A stretch of DNA of 64,000 nt from Terriglobia bacterium (lineage in GTDB: Bacteria; Acidobacteriota; Terriglobia; 20CM-2-55-15). The notes below the pieces were generated by a model. The model saw only the letters and a program-made list of their open reading frames with translations. It did no database searches and was not told the origin of the DNA. Shown piece after piece: positions 1 to 9,793 of the stretch. The position numbers and the translations under genes are program-made. Location of the stretch: the NCBI GenBank assembly GCA_965198225.1, contig CBDAOY010000007.1, forward strand, positions 64,001-128,000, in the 5' to 3' direction. Positions within the stretch are counted from its first letter, which is position 1. Each line of letters opens with the position of its first letter.

Positions 1-512
1 TCGCGGGAATACAACCAGTTGTGGTCGATGGGCAGGGGGGCGAAGTTGAGGATCAGAAGCAGCAGGCCGAGCGCGACGGCCAGGTAGGAAGTCCCCCCGA
101 CGGCTCTTGGGTACAGGCGCTTTGGGTCGAGCCTGCGTGCCGTTTCAGCCGCACGGTGGACCTGCAGCTCGATCCAGGGGTTCTGACGCCCGTTCTCCAT
201 GAACCAGTACGCACTGGTGATCTCGTTCTTGAGCCGAGCCTTCTGATCGACTTGGGCGGCGGCTTCACTAAGCGTGCATTTCCCGCCCACGAGGGTTCGG
301 CCGATGAAAGTAGCCAGAGCGATGAACCAGAGTACCCAGAAGATCTGTATCGTACTGGAACTAAGCGGTAAAAGAAGATCCCAGGCCTTAACGAGGAGGG
401 CGCCGACGATCAGAATCAGGCTGCCGAATGCCAGCCGTTCGACGAGCCGGTTGGCTCGAACCCTGGTTTCGATCCGCCTGAGGGTTTGGACGATAGCTTC
501 CCGATCGGACAT
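1..512 (-). CDS. Partial membrane protein of unknown function (3' end runs off the window)
   Basis: Open frame from ATG at 512 (MSDREAIVQTLRRIETRVRANRL...) to the window edge, with hydrophobic segments (LILIVGALLV, IFWVLWFIALATFIG, LAVALGLLLLILNF). It is absent from the ORF track because there is no stop in the window. Confidence 0.7.
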   Translation of the reverse strand, partial: MSDREAIVQTLRRIETRVRANRLVERLAFGSLILIVGALLVKAWDLLLPLSSSTIQIFWVLWFIALATFIGRTLVGGKCTLSEAAAQVDQKARLKNEITSAYWFMENGRQNPWIELQVHRAAETARRLDPKRLYPRAVGGTSYLAVALGLLLLILNFAPLPIDHNWLYSR

Positions 513-642
513 TTACAGATATGTGCTTTCCTATCAACAAAAAATCCGCGTAAGCCTACCATAACTTATACCGAGACCTGAAGGAAAGACAGGAGTCGCC
601 GATGCAGGCTGACTCCCGGTCCGGCGACGAGATCGGGCTTCC

Positions 643-1797
643 CTAAATGCTTGAGGAAGTTGGGACTTTGAGTGGGACCTGGGCGACGATCTTCAGGCCG
701 TGGCCCTTCAGCGCCACCAGTTTGCGGGGATGATTCGTCAGGATTCGCATCGACCGGATATCCAGCGCCGCCAGGATCTGGATCCCGATGCCATACTCGC
801 GCTGCTCGCCCTTGAGGCCGATCGTCTCGTTCACGTCCACATCCTGCTTGCCGTGGTACTCCAGGTGGCGCTCACCTTTCGATTCGGCGATGTTGAAACC
901 TCGGCCGGTCTGGTGGAGGTAGAGCAAGACACCGCGGCCTTCTGTCGCGATCCTTTCCATGGCGAGGTCTATCTGTTGCTGGCAGTGACATCGGCTGGAA
1001 CCGAACACGTCCCCGGTCAGGCAGTGCGAGTGGACCCGCACCAGGACGTCTTCCCCGTTCTCGATGTCGCCCCGGACAAGCGCCACGTGGGTTTCCTTGT
1101 CGATGATGCTTTCGAAGGCGATCATCTTGAAATCGCCGTGCTGGGTCGGGAGTGTGGTTTCGGCGACCTTCCGGACGAACCGTTCGGTGCCGAGGCGATA
1201 CTGGATCAGGTCGGCGACAGTGATGATCTTCAGGTTGTGCTCGGCGGCGAAATCGATCAGATCGGGTGTTCGAGCCATCGTCCCGTCCTCACGCATGATT
1301 TCGCAGATCACCGCGCTTGCGTCGAGTCCAGCAATCTTGGCGAGATCGACGGAGGCTTCTGTCTGGCCGGCCCGCACCAGCACCCCGCCCGGTTTCGCCC
1401 GCAGAGGGAAAATGTGTCCGGGACGAACCAGGTCGGACGGTCGTGTCGCATCGTCTATGGCCGTCAGGATCGTCTGCGCCCGATCGAAGGCGGAGATGCC
1501 GGTCGAGACGTTCCTCCGGGCCTCGATCGACACGCAGAAGGCCGTGCCGTAAGGCGAGGTGTTCGTCGGGTCGGAAACCATCAGCGGAATCTGAAGTTCA
1601 TCCAGCCTCGGGCCAGTCATCGGCAGGCAGATCAGCCCGCGACCATGGGTCGCCATGAAGTTGATGGCCTCCGGTGTCACCTTCTCCGCTGCGATCATTA
1701 GATCGCCTTCGTTCTCACGATCCTCATCGTCGACGATAATGACCATCAGGCCTTCCTGGATGTCGATCAGCGCGTTTTCTATTCTTGCGAAACTCAT
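643..1797 (-). CDS. ribBA: Bifunctional DHBP synthase / GTP cyclohydrolase II (GCH II half divergent)
   Basis: [10 protein letters not shown] and RAGQTEA RibB motifs; [19 protein letters not shown] Zn motif; follows ribD and ribE. Confidence 0.95.
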   Translation of the reverse strand: MSFARIENALIDIQEGLMVIIVDDEDRENEGDLMIAAEKVTPEAINFMATHGRGLICLPMTGPRLDELQIPLMVSDPTNTSPYGTAFCVSIEARRNVSTGISAFDRAQTILTAIDDATRPSDLVRPGHIFPLRAKPGGVLVRAGQTEASVDLAKIAGLDASAVICEIMREDGTMARTPDLIDFAAEHNLKIITVADLIQYRLGTERFVRKVAETTLPTQHGDFKMIAFESIIDKETHVALVRGDIENGEDVLVRVHSHCLTGDVFGSSRCHCQQQIDLAMERIATEGRGVLLYLHQTGRGFNIAESKGERHLEYHGKQDVDVNETIGLKGEQREYGIGIQILAALDIRSMRILTNHPRKLVALKGHGLKIVAQVPLKVPTSSSI

Positions 1798-1805
1798 TTG
1801 TTGTA

Positions 1806-1880
1806 GTCCGATGTCCGAGGTCCAAAGTCCACGGTTCGATGTCGCCGACGGACGAAACCCGGATTTGGAACTGGGGACTC
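1806..1880. repeat. Heptamer-periodic intergenic repeat (GTCCnnn) with an inverted arm
   Basis: gtccgat gtccgag gtccaaa gtccacg gttcgat gtcgccg, followed by a complementary-like ggatttg gaactgg ggact. Confidence 0.6.
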
Positions 1881-1885
1881 AGTAG

Positions 1886-2497
1886 CTAAGCGCCGCGTAG
1901 CTGTTCCAGGTACGGGCCGACCAGGTTTTCGACGTACTTGGCAAGAACGTCGAATTCCAGGTTGACGTTGTCACCGGGCTGAGCGTACTTGAGATTCGTG
2001 TTCTCCAGCGTGTGCGGAATGATCGCGATGGAGAACGAGGACGCCTCCAGGCCGGCGACCGTCAAGCTTATGCCGTCGACGGCGATCGACCCCTTCCAAA
2101 CGATCCGCGACGCGGCGGCCGGATCATAGCCGACCTCGAGGATCCAGTCGTCGTCCTTGCGATCGAACCGCTGAATCCGGCCCACGCCATCCACGTGGCC
2201 CTGGACAATGTGCCCCCCGAAGCGGGAGTCCGCCCGCATCGAACGTTCAAGATTCACGTGCGTTCCGGTTCCGACATTCCTGAAGGTCGTGCGGTCAAGC
2301 GTTTCCCGGGAAAGATCCGCCGTGAAACTTCCTGCGTCGATCTCGCGGGCTGTTACACAGACGCCGTTGGTCGAAATGCTGGAACCGGGTTCGATGTCAT
2401 CCAGGGCTCGCGCTGCTGCTATTCGAACGCGGCGGAACTCTTTCGCGTCGTGAACTTCGACGATCTCGCCGACTTCTTCAATGATCCCGGTGAACAT
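1886..2497 (-). CDS. ribE: Riboflavin synthase (alpha chain)
   Basis: MFTGII N-terminus; GGHIVQGHVDG; GSIAVDGISLTV; VNLEFD. Confidence 0.97.
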   Translation of the reverse strand: MFTGIIEEVGEIVEVHDAKEFRRVRIAAARALDDIEPGSSISTNGVCVTAREIDAGSFTADLSRETLDRTTFRNVGTGTHVNLERSMRADSRFGGHIVQGHVDGVGRIQRFDRKDDDWILEVGYDPAAASRIVWKGSIAVDGISLTVAGLEASSFSIAIIPHTLENTNLKYAQPGDNVNLEFDVLAKYVENLVGPYLEQLRGA

Positions 2498-3536
2498 AGC
2501 CCGTTACCATCAGGTCCGGTCCGACGCGTTCCACCGTCCAGTCCTCAATCCGGACGGCGTCGGCAAGGGAGCGCGCTCCTCCGGCCCCGAAACCCGGCAC
2601 TTCCCGGCCGCCGATGATCCTTGGGGCGATGAAAACGATTATTTTATCAATGATTCCGCTCCTGAGGGCATTGAAAGCCAGATCCGGTCCGCACTCGAGC
2701 ATGAAGCTCTGGACGTCTCGGCGAGCGAGATCGGCTGCGACTTCGTGCAGGTGCGTGCCTCCGACGACGACTTCGTGTGCGTCGGCAAGCTCCAGGTCGG
2801 GTGCCTGTGTGTAGACGATGACGCCGGGTTGGGAAAAAATCCGCAGGCTCGAGTGAAGTCTGCCGCGGCGGTCCAGGACAGCCCGGATCAACGGGCGTCG
2901 TCGGGCCCCTCCGCTGCGATCAGTCAGTAGCGGATCATCGGTCAGAACGGTCCCGCTCCCGGTCACAAGCGCGTCGACACCGTGTCTCAGTTCCTGGACC
3001 AGGATTCTGGACTCCTCGGAAGTGATCCAGCGTGACTCGCCTGACGCGGTCGCGATCTTGCCGTCGAGCGACATCGCAACCTTGAGGATGCCGAAAGGGA
3101 GACCGCTCTCTACGTAATGGATGAACGTTTCGTTCAATCGGCGTCCTTCATCGGCGAGGACGCCACATTCGACTTCGATTCCAGCTTCGCGCAGCCTGGA
3201 AAGACCGTTTCCGCGAACTTCCGGGTACGGATCTTCGATTGCCGCCACCAGTCGAGATACCCCTGCCGCGACGAGAGCCTCGGCGCACGGAGGGGTCCGT
3301 CCCTCATGGGAACAGGGCTCGAGGCTGACGTACACCGTCCCTCCCCGGGCCCGAAGCCCCGCCTCTTCGAGGGCAAGAACCTCTGCATGCTTGACGCCGT
3401 CATACGTGTAGGAGCCGGTGCCGACAACCTGACCATCGTTCACGATGACGCAGCCCACCATGGCTCCCGGACTGGTCAGTCCCCGCCCCTCCTCGGCAAG
3501 CTCGAAGGCCCGCTTCATGTAAGCTTCGTCGTTCAT
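2478..3536 (-). CDS. ribD: Riboflavin biosynthesis deaminase/reductase
   Basis: HAE...LEPCSHEGRTPPC deaminase motif; SLDGKIA...SRWIT reductase motif. Confidence 0.97.
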   Translation of the reverse strand: MNDEAYMKRAFELAEEGRGLTSPGAMVGCVIVNDGQVVGTGSYTYDGVKHAEVLALEEAGLRARGGTVYVSLEPCSHEGRTPPCAEALVAAGVSRLVAAIEDPYPEVRGNGLSRLREAGIEVECGVLADEGRRLNETFIHYVESGLPFGILKVAMSLDGKIATASGESRWITSEESRILVQELRHGVDALVTGSGTVLTDDPLLTDRSGGARRRPLIRAVLDRRGRLHSSLRIFSQPGVIVYTQAPDLELADAHEVVVGGTHLHEVAADLARRDVQSFMLECGPDLAFNALRSGIIDKIIVFIAPRIIGGREVPGFGAGGARSLADAVRIEDWTVERVGPDLMVTGYVHRDH

Positions 3537-3673
3537 GGACGTCGCGTCCGGCCCCCCGTTTCGAACCGAAATAAACTTTTCTGCTGAGCAAAGACCCGGG
3601 GACAGGGCCAGCCCCTGTCCCCCTCACATTGGCTCTCTCACAAACCCTTCGCCTAACGAGGACCCGGTTTAGG

Positions 3674-3745
3674 GTGTAGGTGCGGTCTATGACCGCACAA
3701 ATTCGCATTCATGAACATCTGTGCGCTCACAGAGCGCACCTACAC
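3674..3745. repeat. REP-like inverted doublet, family A copy 1
   Basis: GTGTAGGTGCGGTCTATGACCGCAC...GTGCGCTCACAGAGCGCACCTACAC; overlaps the ftsY stop codon; six copies in the window. Confidence 0.85.
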
Positions 3746-4699
3746 TGCAAACAAGGAATCCACGAAATCATCGGCGGAAAACTCGATCAGATCGTCCAGT
3801 TTCTCTCCCGTGCCGATAAAACGGATCGGGATCTTCAGCTCCTTCACGATGGCTGTGGCGACGCCTCCCTTCGCTGTTCCGTCCAGCTTCGTGAGGATCA
3901 GCCCGGTCAGGCCGGCGGTCTTTGCGAATTCTCGAGCCTGGATCAAGCCGTTCTGGCCGGTGGTGGCGTCGAGGACCAGGAGGACCTCGTGTGGGGCATC
4001 GGGGACCTCCCGCGCTGCTATGCGGGTCATCTTTTCCAACTCCGCCATCAGGTTGTGTTTTGTGTGGAGCCGGCCCGCCGTGTCGACGATGACGTAGTCG
4101 ATCATGCGTGCCTTGGCCGACTGAAGCGTGTCGAACAGCACAGCGGAGGGGTCGGCGCCGGGCTTCTGCTTGACGATCGGGACCCCGATCCGCTCCGCCC
4201 ATATTTCGAGTTGCTCGATCGCGGCGGCCCGGAACGTGTCGGCGGCAGACAACATCACCTTCTTGCCGTCGGACTTGAATCGATGCGCCAACTTGCCGAT
4301 GGTGGTGGTCTTTCCAACTCCGTTGACGCCGACCACGAGTATGACGAAGGGTTGGCCTTCGGCGACCTGTGCGACGGCTGAGGTTTCGACGTCGAGCGTC
4401 CTTCGCAGCTCGCTCTTCAGAGCATCGCGCAACTCGGTGGGATCCTGGAGCACGTGCCGAGACACCTGTTCGCGGATGGTGTCCAGAATTTCCGTCGTCG
4501 TGTGCACGCCGACGTCGGCGCCGATCATGATGGCTTCGACATCTTCCAGCAGCTCGGCGTCGATTGCCTTCTTGCCCTCGACGATTTCCTGGATTCTTTC
4601 CGTGAAATCGTGTCTGGTCCGCGCGACGGCCTCTCTAACCTTCTCGACGATCGTCGGGTCTTTGGGTTTCGGGGGGCCGAACAGGGTTATGAATTCCAT
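3740..4699 (-). CDS. ftsY: Signal recognition particle receptor FtsY
   Basis: GVNGVGKTTT, DTFRAAA, DTAGR, TKLDGTAKGG. Confidence 0.98.
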   Translation of the reverse strand: MEFITLFGPPKPKDPTIVEKVREAVARTRHDFTERIQEIVEGKKAIDAELLEDVEAIMIGADVGVHTTTEILDTIREQVSRHVLQDPTELRDALKSELRRTLDVETSAVAQVAEGQPFVILVVGVNGVGKTTTIGKLAHRFKSDGKKVMLSAADTFRAAAIEQLEIWAERIGVPIVKQKPGADPSAVLFDTLQSAKARMIDYVIVDTAGRLHTKHNLMAELEKMTRIAAREVPDAPHEVLLVLDATTGQNGLIQAREFAKTAGLTGLILTKLDGTAKGGVATAIVKELKIPIRFIGTGEKLDDLIEFSADDFVDSLFAV

Positions 4700-4705
4700 C
4701 CTCGG

Positions 4706-5707
4706 TTACTCGGCTTTCAGCTCCCGGTCCATCAATTCGTTTATCGCGACCTGGGGTCCTTTTCCTTCATAGAGAACCGCATAGATCTGCTGGGCGATCG
4801 GCATTTCCACTCCACGCATGCGCGCGAGTTCCACCGTGGACTTGCTGGTCTTGATGCCCTCGGCCACCATCCTCATGTTCGAGACGATCTCGTCGAGCTT
4901 CTTGCCTTCTCCAAGCGCAACGCCGACCTGGCGGTTCCGGCTGAGCTGTCCTGTACAAGTAAGCACGAGGTCGCCCAGCCCGGCCAGCCCCGCAAGTGTT
5001 TCCCGCCGCCCGCCGCACGCTGCAACAAGCCGCATGATTTCCGCGAGCCCGCGGGTGATCAGCGCGGCCGTTGCGTTGTGTCCCAGCTTGAGCCCGCTGA
5101 CGACTCCCGACGCGATCGCGATGATGTTCTTGACCGAAGCCCCGATCTCCACACCGATGATGTCCGGGTTGGTGTAAAGACGAAAGTGGGGGGCGGAAAG
5201 CTCGCGCTGCAGGTTGCGTCGCAGTTCATCGTCGGGGCCGGCGACCACCAGCGCCGTGGGTTCTCCATTCGCCACTTCCAGGGCGAAGGTCGGTCCCGAG
5301 ATCGCTGCGACGCGCGGAGTGAATTTCGGGCTGACGATGTCGTGGATCACCTCCGACATGCGCATCAGCGTGTCGTTCTCGATACCCTTGGTCGCCGTCA
5401 CGAAGACCATCTCCGGCTTCAAGTACGGCAGCATCTTGCGGTAGACGTCACGACAAACGTGAGAGGGAACCGCACTGATGACGATGTCGGCGCTGTAAAG
5501 AACCTCCTCGAGCGAATCACTCGGATGCACTCGTTCAGGAACCCCTACTCCCGGCAGGTAAACGGGATTGTTCCGGTCGCGCCGCATCGTTTCCGCGACG
5601 TCGGGTTCGAATACCCACAGCTTGACCGAATCGTGGACACGTGCCATCGCGACGGCCAGCGCTGTGCCCCATCCCCCCCCGCCGACGATTGCGATCGATT
5701 TGTTCAT
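4706..5707 (-). CDS. gpsA: NAD(P)H-dependent glycerol-3-phosphate dehydrogenase
   Basis: GGGGWGTALA, ATKGIE, SGPTFA, KNIIAIA, GLGDLVLTC...SRN. Confidence 0.97.
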   Translation of the reverse strand: MNKSIAIVGGGGWGTALAVAMARVHDSVKLWVFEPDVAETMRRDRNNPVYLPGVGVPERVHPSDSLEEVLYSADIVISAVPSHVCRDVYRKMLPYLKPEMVFVTATKGIENDTLMRMSEVIHDIVSPKFTPRVAAISGPTFALEVANGEPTALVVAGPDDELRRNLQRELSAPHFRLYTNPDIIGVEIGASVKNIIAIASGVVSGLKLGHNATAALITRGLAEIMRLVAACGGRRETLAGLAGLGDLVLTCTGQLSRNRQVGVALGEGKKLDEIVSNMRMVAEGIKTSKSTVELARMRGVEMPIAQQIYAVLYEGKGPQVAINELMDRELKAE

Positions 5708-6273
5708 GAGACAGGTTCGGTTTCCGACAGGCGGTACCCGAAGAGCTTCTTGTATTCTGCCCCGTCGGGCCGCAGTGTGCTCTGGACCAGGTAGAAGCGA
5801 TCGGTAGAGTAGACGCCGAACTCCAGGCCGTCGTAACGCGCGGCGGCTTCGACGAGGGAAGGGTCGATGCGACGATCCCGCCGGCTTCGGGCCACCGTGA
5901 GATGCGGGCTGAACGGGCGCTTCTCCGCAGGGAACCCCAGTTCCTCCATCCTCTCTTCTACCTTATGAGCCAGGTCTTCGAGCGCCCTCGAACCGACACC
6001 GACCCACAGGACACGAGGTGCCCGGGCGTTCGGGAAGAAGCCTACACCGGAATAGTCGACTTGAAAAGGTTCCGCCCGAATCGACCTCAGACGCTCGTCG
6101 ATCGCCGGAACTCGGGATTCGGTAACTTCTCCGAGGAACTTCAAGGTCAGATGCATCGAGGAGGGCCGCACCCATCGCGTGGAATCGTTGACGCTGCGAA
6201 GCTGACTTTGGAGTTCCGTGATGGCGTCGAGCAGGGCAGGGGGAAGATCGGTCGCGACAAAGAGACGCATCAA
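5704..6273 (-). CDS. thpR: RNA 2',3'-cyclic phosphodiesterase (2H family)
   Basis: MRLFVA start; two HxT motifs (HLTLKFLG, HLTVAR); adjacent to cinA. Confidence 0.93.
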   Translation of the reverse strand: MMRLFVATDLPPALLDAITELQSQLRSVNDSTRWVRPSSMHLTLKFLGEVTESRVPAIDERLRSIRAEPFQVDYSGVGFFPNARAPRVLWVGVGSRALEDLAHKVEERMEELGFPAEKRPFSPHLTVARSRRDRRIDPSLVEAAARYDGLEFGVYSTDRFYLVQSTLRPDGAEYKKLFGYRLSETEPVS

Positions 6274-7511
6274 GTGCCGGCCAGATGTCGGCGAACCATG
6301 TCCAGCGCGGCCTGAGACGATTGCCAGCGGACCTTGTCGCGGGCGCCCGGGAAAACGAAGTGTCGGTGTTCCGTCCCGTTCGGGCCCGCGACCGCGATGT
6401 AAACGGTCCCGATGGGTTTCTCCTCCGACCCTCCCGTCGGCCCGGCGATGCCTGTGATCCCCACTCCGAGGGTCGTTCCAGTCTTTTCACGCACGCTCTC
6501 GGCGAGTCCCACGGCGACTTCGACGCTAACCGCGCCCTGCATTCCAAGCAGCAGCGGCGGTATCCCGGCTAAATCGATCTTCGACTGATTGGAGTATGTC
6601 ACGATACCGGATTCGAAGTATTTCGAACTGCCAGAAGTCCGGGTCAGCCTTTCCGCGAGCAGGCCACCGGTGCAGGATTCGGCGACAGCGATGGTCGCCT
6701 CCTTCATCACCAGGTACATCCCGACGACTTCCTCCAGCTCCTGGTATGTGCGTGCGAACACGTACTCGCCGAGCTGACTCTCCATCTGCCCCCCGACTTC
6801 TTCGAGCAGCGCCTCGGCTTCGGGTTGGGTCTTCGCCCGCGCTGACAGGTGGATGTCCACCTGACCTGGTTTCGACAGCACCGTTGTTTCCGGGTTCTTG
6901 TACTTCGTGTAGATCGGACCGATCCGCGCGTCGAGCACCGACTCGGGAAGCCCCGTCGTTCGGTAGACGCGACGCGCAAGCGCTAGCGGTCCTGCCATCC
7001 GGGCCAGTCGCGGGTAGCAATGCCTTTCGAACATCGGCTCGAGTTCCGCGGGAGGTCCCGGAAGCAGCACCAGAGTATTGCTCTCGACCGGAATCCAAAG
7101 CCCGGGAGCGGTACCGTTCGAGTTGTCCAGGGCGTCGGCGCCCGAGGGCACCAGTGCCTGCCGCTCGTTGTTCGCCGGCATCTTTCTGCCTCGCGACTCG
7201 AATCGCGCCCGGATCTTCGCGACGACGGTATCATCCAGGACCAGTTGACGGTGCAGCGCCTGGGCGACGACTTTCCGGGTAATGTCGTCCTCGGTTGGTC
7301 CGAGGCCACCTACTGTGATGATGATCGGCGTGCGGTCCATCGCTGCCCGGAGGGCGTGTTCGAGGTAGCTTTCCTGATCTCCGACCACCGTGCGCAGCAC
7401 TACGGCGATGCCCATCTGGTTCAGCTGCTCGGTCAGGTACAGGGAGTTCGTGTCCCGGAAGCGGGGAGTCAGCAGTTCAGAACCGATGGCGATTATTTCC
7501 GCGGTCAGCAT
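6270..7511 (-). CDS. cinA: Competence/damage-inducible protein CinA (MoCF + NMN deamidase)
   Basis: IAIGSELL, GGLGPTEDDIT, AESCTGG, GITGIAGP. Confidence 0.96.
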   Translation of the reverse strand: MLTAEIIAIGSELLTPRFRDTNSLYLTEQLNQMGIAVVLRTVVGDQESYLEHALRAAMDRTPIIITVGGLGPTEDDITRKVVAQALHRQLVLDDTVVAKIRARFESRGRKMPANNERQALVPSGADALDNSNGTAPGLWIPVESNTLVLLPGPPAELEPMFERHCYPRLARMAGPLALARRVYRTTGLPESVLDARIGPIYTKYKNPETTVLSKPGQVDIHLSARAKTQPEAEALLEEVGGQMESQLGEYVFARTYQELEEVVGMYLVMKEATIAVAESCTGGLLAERLTRTSGSSKYFESGIVTYSNQSKIDLAGIPPLLLGMQGAVSVEVAVGLAESVREKTGTTLGVGITGIAGPTGGSEEKPIGTVYIAVAGPNGTEHRHFVFPGARDKVRWQSSQAALDMVRRHLAGT

Positions 7512-7518
7512 CTATTTT

Positions 7519-7626
7519 GCGTCGGGCCCACCGGCCCCTCTACATCGTTCAACTTTAACGAGGGCACTGGCTTTGGAGCCAGCCTGAGATTCCGGGAACG
7601 CACACGCCGGGCCGGTCCCCCCACGC
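7519..7626. repeat. Small element with imperfect terminal inverted repeats, family B copy 1
   Basis: Ends GCGTCGGGCCCACCG...CCGGTCCCCCCACGC; the same ends occur at 41704-41807 around a different interior. Confidence 0.55.
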
Positions 7627-7633
7627 CGGGGGC

Positions 7634-7712
7634 AAGTAGCCAGTCGTCACTCGTCAGTTGGACACCAGCCAGTCATTCAACCCCGCCGACAACTGACTAC
7701 TGACAACTAAAA
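7634..7712. repeat. Heptamer-periodic palindromic repeat (TCAGTTG / GACAACT type)
   Basis: caagtag ccagtcg tcactcg tcagttg ... gacaact gactact gacaact; same family as 19778-19862. Confidence 0.65.
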
Positions 7713-7719
7713 CCACTGC

Positions 7720-8745
7720 CTACGGCAGTGGTTTTCCCATGATTCCCGCATGCACGCGGTAGAGGGACGACGTGTCGACGATAGTCAGGTTCTCGTTGAA
7801 ATCGAAGGCCATGCCGACCAGACCCAGACCCGAGACGAAGAGTTCAGGGTTGTTGGTCCCTCTCGGAAATCGAAAGATTCCGCGCCTGCCGCGGTAGGAA
7901 CCCACCACGTAGACGTTGCCCTGAATGTCTAGTGCCACCCCTTGCGGGCGCCCCATTCCGGTAAAGAACTTCCCCACCTCGCCGGTCGGCGAGACTCGAT
8001 AGACGGAATCGAAACTCGACGTCGTCGGGCCGGTCACGTAGAGATAGTCGTCGAGTCCGTGCGCCAGGTGATAGGCCGCCATGCTGGGCTCCAGCGTGGC
8101 GAACACAAAGATTTCCTTGCTGGGGCTGATCTTGAAAATGCTGCCGCTACGGTCGCCGACGTAGAGGTTGCTGTCGCGATCAAAGGCCAGGCCTGTCGCG
8201 ATACCCATTCCTTCGATATAGGTCTCGGCCCGTCCGGTCGAGTCCACCTTGTACACGTTCCCTTCATGCCGGCTGGAGACGTAGAGATCCCCGTCGAGTC
8301 CGAAGGCCAGGCCCGTCGCGTTCATGATGTCGACCGTGTGTGGTGTGACAGCCCCGTTCGGCGTGATCTTGTAGATCGATACCGGTGTCTTCTGGCTGCG
8401 TCGGCCGCTATACGTTGCGTAGATGTTGCCGTCGCTGTCGATGGCAGGATTGGCAACCGGGTGGAGATTAGTTGCCAACCGCTTTCCGACTTCATAGGGA
8501 AATGGAGGGCTGCAAGTGCCGTTGTTGGCGACGGAGAGTTCCGACGTACCGGTCTCGGAGGAGGATTCCGGTACCTTGGCGACGATGAGTTTGTCCGACG
8601 CGATCGTTATCTGAGCGGCATATTCGCCGAAGCGAACCTCGGGCTGACGTGAGCCCCCCAGGTTACCCCCGCCGTATTCAATGGTTACTTCACCGCCGGG
8701 CAGTGCAGCCTTCGGGACGACGCGCTTGATCGTTATGTCGCTCAA
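7720..8745 (-). CDS. IPT/TIG domain plus NHL/SMP-30-like beta-propeller protein
   Basis: N-terminal PKAALPGGEVTI (TIG-like); repeated GLAFDxxGNLYV propeller blades. Confidence 0.8.
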   Translation of the reverse strand: MSDITIKRVVPKAALPGGEVTIEYGGGNLGGSRQPEVRFGEYAAQITIASDKLIVAKVPESSSETGTSELSVANNGTCSPPFPYEVGKRLATNLHPVANPAIDSDGNIYATYSGRRSQKTPVSIYKITPNGAVTPHTVDIMNATGLAFGLDGDLYVSSRHEGNVYKVDSTGRAETYIEGMGIATGLAFDRDSNLYVGDRSGSIFKISPSKEIFVFATLEPSMAAYHLAHGLDDYLYVTGPTTSSFDSVYRVSPTGEVGKFFTGMGRPQGVALDIQGNVYVVGSYRGRRGIFRFPRGTNNPELFVSGLGLVGMAFDFNENLTIVDTSSLYRVHAGIMGKPLP

Positions 8746-9254
8746 GAGATTTTTCCTGCAAGCGATTCCAGCACAACCAGTGCCAGAAAAGCGTAAAGGC
8801 CCGCCCCAACATCGTCGGCAACCACTCCAACACCTCGCGGCAGCCCCTCCAGACGTCGGATCGGAAAGGGTTTAAGGATATCGAAAAAGCGAAAAAGCAA
8901 AAAGCCGAGAATTGCTGCCGTCAATAGAGCCGTTGTTCCGGATCGGACTACGAAACCCAGGGCAATCATCTGTCCGATGACCTCGTCGATCGCAATTCGT
9001 GACGCGTCCTTGCCGTAGAGTGCTTCGACGTGACCGGCCGCCCAAACCGACACCGGGATCAGAATGGCCAGCAGCCCCAAATAGAAGTTCCGAAACCCGT
9101 AGGCGTGGGTCAGGAGGTATATCAGCACTCCAACCAGGGATCCGATCGTGCCGGGGACCCCGGGGACGAGTCCGGCGCCACCGGCCGTGGCGATGGCGAT
9201 CGCGACCCGGTCTACGACCGTCAAGGCTCTATCCCTCGTCTTGGGTGCTTCCAT
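8742..9254 (-). CDS. pgpA: Phosphatidylglycerophosphatase A
   Basis: PGTIGSL, DASRIAIDEVIGQ, FRFFDILKPFPI, GVVADDVGAG. Confidence 0.93.
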   Translation of the reverse strand: MEAPKTRDRALTVVDRVAIAIATAGGAGLVPGVPGTIGSLVGVLIYLLTHAYGFRNFYLGLLAILIPVSVWAAGHVEALYGKDASRIAIDEVIGQMIALGFVVRSGTTALLTAAILGFLLFRFFDILKPFPIRRLEGLPRGVGVVADDVGAGLYAFLALVVLESLAGKIS

Positions 9255-9414
9255 TCGACTTGGCGATCTCTTCCGGCGGCCGTTCGGTGGTTGGGACCCG
9301 GTACTCTCCTGAAGCCCATTTCCCCAGGTCGATCAGTTTGCACCGTTCGCTGCAGAAAGGGCGGAAGCGGTTGCTGCGGTAGCGTGTCTCCTTCCTGCAC
9401 GTCGGGCACTTCAT
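9229..9414 (-). CDS. yacG: DNA gyrase inhibitor YacG
   Basis: CPTC...RPFCSERCKLIDLGKWASGEYRVP. Confidence 0.93.
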   Translation of the reverse strand: MKCPTCRKETRYRSNRFRPFCSERCKLIDLGKWASGEYRVPTTERPPEEIAKSNGSTQDEG

Positions 9415-9564
9415 CTATTGGCTCTTCCGCAAGCTTAGGAGCTCTAATCGCAAATCGCGATATTTGAAAATCCACATTGCAAATTGCTCATTGGAAATTG
9501 CTTCATTTCAAATCGGAGGAAGTAGCGTGCTGAGTTTTTGCGCATAGGTGCCGACACCGGCTCT

Positions 9565-9628
9565 GTCGGAGAACCGAGAACTCTGCTGGATCATCGAGGC
9601 GTCCTTCAAAACCGCCCGAAGCTCCGAC
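9565..9628 (-). ncRNA. Putative structured ncRNA resembling the Acido-1/Acido-Lenti-1 motifs
   Basis: Closing stem GTCGGAG/CTCCGAC encloses two hairpins, GGCG-GTTTTGAAGGA-CGCC and CTC-GATGATCCAGCA-GAG. The family name is from recollection and is not verified. Confidence 0.5.
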
Positions 9629-9793
9629 CAATGACAAAATCGAGCAATCTCCAATCTCCAATTTCGAATGCGGATTTGTCCATTGACCAATCTGCAATAG
9701 ATTCTTTCTTTTAACCCCACACCCATTCAACAGCCGGAGTTCCCATTTTGCTTTAGGGCCGTTCGACGCTCGGCCTGGCAGCCGGGGCTGCTG

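Noticed and set aside
3537-3673. FMN riboswitch upstream of ribD
   Set aside because: No RFN conserved sequence on the minus strand, only a short palindrome (GGGACAGGGCCAGCCCCTGTCCC).
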